Assembly (NCBI GenBank): GCA_951406725.2
Contig: OX597835.1
Span: 30,628,001 to 30,692,000, forward strand
Reading direction: 5' to 3'
Length of the DNA: 64,000 nucleotides
Source: Octopus vulgaris
Taxonomy: Eukaryota
This document shows, in pieces, positions 57,950 to 64,000 of the stretch (positions within the stretch are counted from its first letter, which is position 1; each line of letters opens with the position of its first letter). Position numbers and translations under genes: made by a program. A model generated the notes under the pieces. It saw nothing but the letters and a program-made list of their open reading frames with translations, did no database searches and had not been told where the DNA came from.

Positions 57950-59013
57950 GGTGATGATGATGATGATGAAGATGAAGGAGGAGGAAGAAGAGGAAGAGGA
58001 GGGGGAGGAGGGGAGGGGGAAGTGGAAAAGAGCAAGAACAACAGCAACGACAACAACAATAACTGTCAGAACAATAAGACAACCACAACCAGATCCACTA
58101 CCGCCAACACCATACAACAGCAGCAGCAACATCAACAACCACAACAGCAATAACAACAACCACAGCAGCAGCAAGAGCCAATGATAAAATCTGTATAAGG
58201 TGACCTTCCCTCCTCTCTCCTTCCCCACCTCATTACATAGATTTTTGTTTTTATATGTTCTTTTTTTTATTATTTTTGTTCTAAAATGTTGTTTCGTAGT
58301 AATAGGATTGATGTGGAGGTAAGCAATCATTTAAAAGAGGATTTCATTGGATTCGCTCAGAAGTTAAGTAGCGACATCTGTGCTGAAGTATGGGAAATAA
58401 TTTTATAAATAAATACAGCCAGGCAGCGAAAAGTAGCGGCGAATAAATAGACACAATGAGCGTGAAAGATTGATAACCTCACCTAATCAATAACCGATAA
58501 CCGATGGGAAGAACACGAAGATCAACATTAAGAAAATAACAAAAAAATCTATCACCAATGCCGACAACACCATCGCTGTCGATATTATCAATTGTGCCGC
58601 CGCTTCCGCCGCGAGGAGAGGAGCAATCTTAGTTTCTTTGTTGTCTTCACCCAGAGTGGTCCATTATGGCCAGAGGTGGAGCAGTTTTAACAAGAGGCGA
58701 AGGGTTTGTGTTCGCGTTGGTTCTTTTGGATATGTCTGTTGTTGTAGTTGTTGTTGTTGTTGGTGGTGGTGGTCGTCGTCGTCGTGTTGGGGATGTGGTT
58801 TTATTTGTGGTAAAGAAAGAAAGAGAGAGGGGGGAGGGAGGTAAGGGATAAAGAAAGGGAAGAGTGAACAGAAAAAGGATTTCATTCGAGGAAGAATATG
58901 AAAAATAACAAGGCAGAAACGGATTGAGAAGCGTTCGTGTAGACTGGCCCAAAATTGTGAAAATCGCCGTTTATTTTAAAACCTGATGCTAAAGACCGAG
59001 AGAGAGAGAGAGA

Positions 59014-59056
<43 letters not shown>

Positions 59057-59438
59057 TATGAGATATGAGGAGAGGAAGGAAAGCAAGGAGATAGGGGAGA
59101 AAAGGAAAGGGAGAGAGGATGGCGCCCTGCGGAATGCCAGATTTCTCAATCAAATTTCCTGACATGTAAAGCGCTAATAGCTTAGCAGTTTAACACGAAC
59201 ACAGGAGGCGGTGAGTTGATGGGTTTAAGCTATGAATAAGAGAGAAAGGAAGAGAGAAAGAGAAAGAGAGAAAAAGGGAGGGAGAGACAGAGAGAGAGAG
59301 AGGGGAATAGTGAGAGGACGATAAATCCACAAGCCGAAGGAGCACGGAAGAGAAGCATTGGCCATAGTAGTAGTAGAAGCAGCAGCAACAGCAACAACAA
59401 CAGCATCAGCAGCAGTGGCAGTAGTAGTAGTAGTAGTG

Positions 59439-59486
<48 letters not shown>

Positions 59487-59793
59487 CAACAACATTAGGA
59501 TAAATATGATGATGAAGAAGATGATGATGATGAAGGAGAAGTAGAAGAAGAAGAAAAAGAACAAGAAGAACAAGAACAAGAAGATTTAATAATAATACAA
59601 ACGAAGTCTTCTCCAAACGTCCCAGCGAGACAGACAGACAGATCAACCGACTGACAGACAGACGGTCAGACGGACAGACCCACCGATCGACAGACCGACA
59701 GACCGACAGACATTGCAATGAGATCAATGTCCAGTAATGGTATTACTAACCCCAACCAACTTGGATGGTTTTTTTTTCTTCCTTTTTCCTTTC

Positions 59794-59846
<53 letters not shown>

Positions 59847-60946
59847 GTCTTTCACTTTTCGATTTTTCTCTCCAGCTTGGAAGATTTCAGTACTTTGCAA
59901 ACACGCGAAATGAAATGAACCGACTAAAAACTGCACGATTACTACAGAGCATAAAAACACCACCACCAATAACAACAACAGCAACTCCACCACCACTACC
60001 ACCACCACCACCACTAGCACGAACAACAACCGTAGCAGCAACAGCAAAAACAGCGGTAGCAGCATCAAAAACTACAAGAACAACAAAAGCGTCAACAACG
60101 AAATGAATGCCATTTTCATCCATTTCACTAGAATTGTCTGCGTCCCGGACAAAATGCTTCAAATTTTGGCACAAGACCAACCACATGGTTCCGGGTTCAG
60201 TCCCAACGTGTGCCACCTAGGGCGAGTGTCTTCTAAAATAGCCATGAGTCGACCAAACCCTTGTGTGTGGGATTTGGTAGACGGAAGCTGAAAGAAGCCC
60301 GTCGTATATGTGTGTGTGTGTGTGTGTGTGTATGTGTGTGTGTGTGTGTGTGTGCGTTTTTCTGCGTGTGTGGGTCTGTCTGTCTGTTTGTGTTTGTCCC
60401 ACCAACTTCACTTGACAACCGATGCTGGTATGTTTACGTCCCCGCAACTTAGCGGTTCGGCAAAAAGTGCCCGATAGAATAAGTACTAGGCTTACAAAGA
60501 ATAAGTCCTGGGGTCGATTTGCTCGGCTAAAGGTGGTACTCCAGCATGATCGCAGTCAAATGACTGGAACAAATAAAAGAATAAAAGAATAAGTCCAGTT
60601 AAGACGGAGAAGGGGATAATTCGATTACATCGATCCTACTGTTCAACTGATGCCTCTTTTATCGATTCCGGGAGTATGAAAGGCTAAGTCTTCCTCTGCC
60701 GTATTTGAAATCAGTACAAAAAGACGGACTTTTTTTGCCTGGCGTACAAAGGATTCTGCCACGCTCACTGCCTTAGTAATACTAATAATAACAATAACTT
60801 TTTCTCCTATAGGCATACGGCATGGAGTTTTGGTGGTAGGGACTAATCGATTCCATCGACCCCAGTATTTCACAGATACTTAATTTATCGACCCCGAAAC
60901 AATGAAAGGCAAAGTCTTCATCATCATCATCATCACCACCACCATC

Positions 60947-60992
<46 letters not shown>

Positions 60993-62572
60993 CCACCACC
61001 ACCACCACCATTATGCTTCTATGGTGCGCAGCATATTTTAACAATTTTTTTAAATACAATAGAATTTTTTAAAACATTTAATGACGCGGCGGCCTCGGCG
61101 GAATTTGAGCTCAGAACACAAAGACAGGTGAAATACCGTTAAGTATTTGGGTCGGAGTTCTAACGATTCTGCCAGATCACCAACCTAATAATGAAAACTG
61201 GCAAGCGATATTCATGCAGTTGTTTCCTGTTGGGGTGTGTTCTCCAAGATATTTTTAAGACTGCTCTTAACTTTGGGGTTAACTTCCATCAAGTTTAGAT
61301 CTCATGTTTGGGTTAACACTCTACTCATGTTCTACATATAATAAGAGGGGGGATTTTCATAACTGGAATGTAGTTAACATCTTTAAGAACAATAACACTG
61401 TATAACATGATTTTTGTCCTTAGGTAGCAATAGTTATTTCCTATATGCTGACTTTCCTATATTTTCTTCCAACTCTGCTTTTGTTGCGATAATTATTCGG
61501 ACCCTAAAGAATCATTCTCTACACATGGCTATCATGGACACCACTATTCCTGCTCCTAATCAGAAATATACATATTGTCAGTCATTAAAGGATATGATCA
61601 GGTAGTTAAGGTCAAGCAAATGACAAGCAAATCTATGGTACTGCGCAGAATATTTGCTATAACGATATTTCCGCTTCAACAACTCAGTACTGTCTAAAAT
61701 GTAATGGAAGATAGGTCAGTTCCAAAATGTTGACGTCCAGGTCACAAAAGCAAAGTCTGAAGGGAATAGTAGTCATTTCATTTCGTTTCTAGGGAGTAAC
61801 ACTTAATAACGAAAGACAAAATTTTTAAAAAGTAAAATTAAAATTTCGTTACGTATTGTAATAATTCCTTCTTCTGTTGGCACAAAGCCTGAAATTATGA
61901 AGGGCACCAGTATTCAACTGGTGGTTGTTTAATCGACCCTAAAATGATGAAAAGTAAAGTGGAAAATTCTTTCTGGTTTTTGGCACAAAACTAGCAATTT
62001 TGAAGGAAAGTGCTACTCGATTACATCGACCCCACAGCTAAGAGGTAAATTAAAAGGATGAAAGGAAAATCAAGCTCGGTTATTCAGAACGGAAAGATGC
62101 GGAAGAAATGCTGCTAAATATTTTGTTCGACGCACTCACGTTTGTGCCAGCTAAGACATATTTACCGTAATAACGCTTTCTTTTCATTGCCACAAGGATG
62201 ACTGATGAAGATGATATTACAAGGGCAAGATACAAAAAGAGAGAGAGAGAGAGATAGAGGAAGTTGACCCGGATTCAATTAGAGAAAATGGCTGCCCAGT
62301 AAAAATAAAAGGAAATGGAGAAATAACGAAAGGTTTCAAATGAGACGTCCGTGGGAGAACTCCTAGTGGGATCCTCATAGATCCCGGTTTACTCTGGTTA
62401 CAGAGACAGTGAAGAACAACATGGTCTACATAACAAGTGACTTTGGAATATTCAACCACTACTTATACAAGTGCATATTTTGGCTGTTCTGTTGATAAGT
62501 TGATAAAGTGAGTGTTATACACGTCGAAGATCCATTAATTTATATTTCGTATATATACAGTGCTTTACTATT

Positions 62573-62982
62573 TTACTCTTGAATTTGTTAGTCATTTGAC
62601 TATGGCCATGCTGGAGCACCGCCTTTAGTCGGAACAAATCGGCCCCAGGGCTCATTCTTTGTAAGCCTACTACTTATTCTATCGGTTTCTTTTGCCGAAC
62701 CGTGAAGTTACGGGTATGTAAACACACCAGCATAAATTGTTAATCGATGGTGAGGAGGGGACACAGACACACAAACACACACACTCACTCTCTGACACAA
62801 ACACATACACATACATAAAGATATACGACAGGCTTCTTTCAGTTTCCGTCTACCAAATCCACTCTCAAGGCTTTGGTCGGCTGAGGTTATGGTACATGAC
62901 ACTTGCCCAAGGTGCCACGCAGTGGGACTGAACGCGGAAACATGTGGTTGGCAAGCAAGCTACTTACCACACAGCCATTCCT
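62573..62982 (-). mobile_element. SINE family A, full length
   Basis: Reverse complement of 42734-43120. Confidence 0.85.
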
Positions 62983-63696
62983 GTGCCTATGCATACATAC
63001 ACATATAAATGCACACACACATATTTATGCATACATACATACATAAATACATATACACATACATACATACATACATACATACATACATACATGCATACAC
63101 ACATACATACATCCATTCAGACAGACGGACAGACAGACAGATAGACAGATAGATAAATAGATATATATGACTATCTGTATATATAATTCTCTTAAGTACA
63201 TATGCAAATTTATATTAAAATGTTTGTGTGTGTGTTTATGTATCCGTGTTTGTGTGTGTGTGTGTGTATGTGTCTCTTTGAAAACTCAAAAACCATATAC
63301 ACACACATACTGACAAAGCCGCAAAACTATGTGTTCGTACACGTACACATATTTCTCTACGCACATACACCTATGTATGTATAAATATATCTATAGATAA
63401 TCTGTGATTAGTACTGTAAGTCAATCTCATTTCTTAGTAGTAACCCTGATAGGGAAATCCAACATTCCGCCACGTAGACACTCTCTGCCTGCCTGCCTGT
63501 CTGTCTCTCCATCCGTCTATCTATCTCTCTGTTTGTCCGACCCTTCCTCTTTCTCAATCTCAGCTATATAATGTCTCATAGGATGATATCATAGTCTCGT
63601 TTGACATATTTCAGAGGATATCAGCGAATATTACATATTTCTACAGTCACATTTTAATCTGCACGTGTATGTATGTATGTATATATGTATGCATGC

Positions 63697-63732
<36 letters not shown>

Positions 63733-64000
63733 GTACATTTGGATAGAAATATATATACGCATATGTATGTCTTTAGCAAACAGATTAGAAAATAATGTAC
63801 TTATAAGTTTGTATGCATTCATATATACGCATGTGTGCGTATACATAAATATGTTGAAAAATGTACGCGTGTATACAAAAGCTTATACAAGGGTTTAGAC
63901 GTGTCACTCTTAAACATATATCTGTGTATATATATATATGTGCATGTGTGGTGCGACAGCATGGCCACAGTCCACTGATTGAAACAAATAAAAGAATAAA

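Noticed and set aside
58470-58952. Possible NK1 first exon (donor-like sites near 58480 and 58649)
   Set aside because: Wrong phase or in-frame stop, and no NK1 N-terminal motif.

Overview
This is eukaryotic DNA: AT-rich and saturated with microsatellites ((TA)n, (CA)n, (TAA)n, (CAT)n, (CTAT)n). The SINE families and repeat density point to a coleoid cephalopod, most likely Octopus (inference). Almost all ORFs in the supplied track are microsatellite artefacts. The only clear host gene is an NK1 (slouch/NKX1) homeobox gene on the minus strand: its terminal coding exon is 22241-23238, and I could not find its upstream exon(s). The rest is dead transposons: mariner, Tc1, pogo- and hAT-like MITEs, RTE, R4/Dong-like and Hero/NeSL-like LINE fragments, three tRNA-derived SINE families and a GIY-YIG Penelope-like element. 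The most striking unannotated signal is a set of about 12 minimal type I hammerhead ribozyme motifs from several unrelated short element families. These elements mostly sit in or beside (TA)n tracts, and several form long palindromes with a one-sided tail. Where intact, the motifs have a palindromic or almost loop-less stem III (dimer type), and they show recurrent core variants: U4C, an extra A after A9 with or without A6U, and U-U or A-A closing of stem II. All folds were worked out by eye and no activity is demonstrated.
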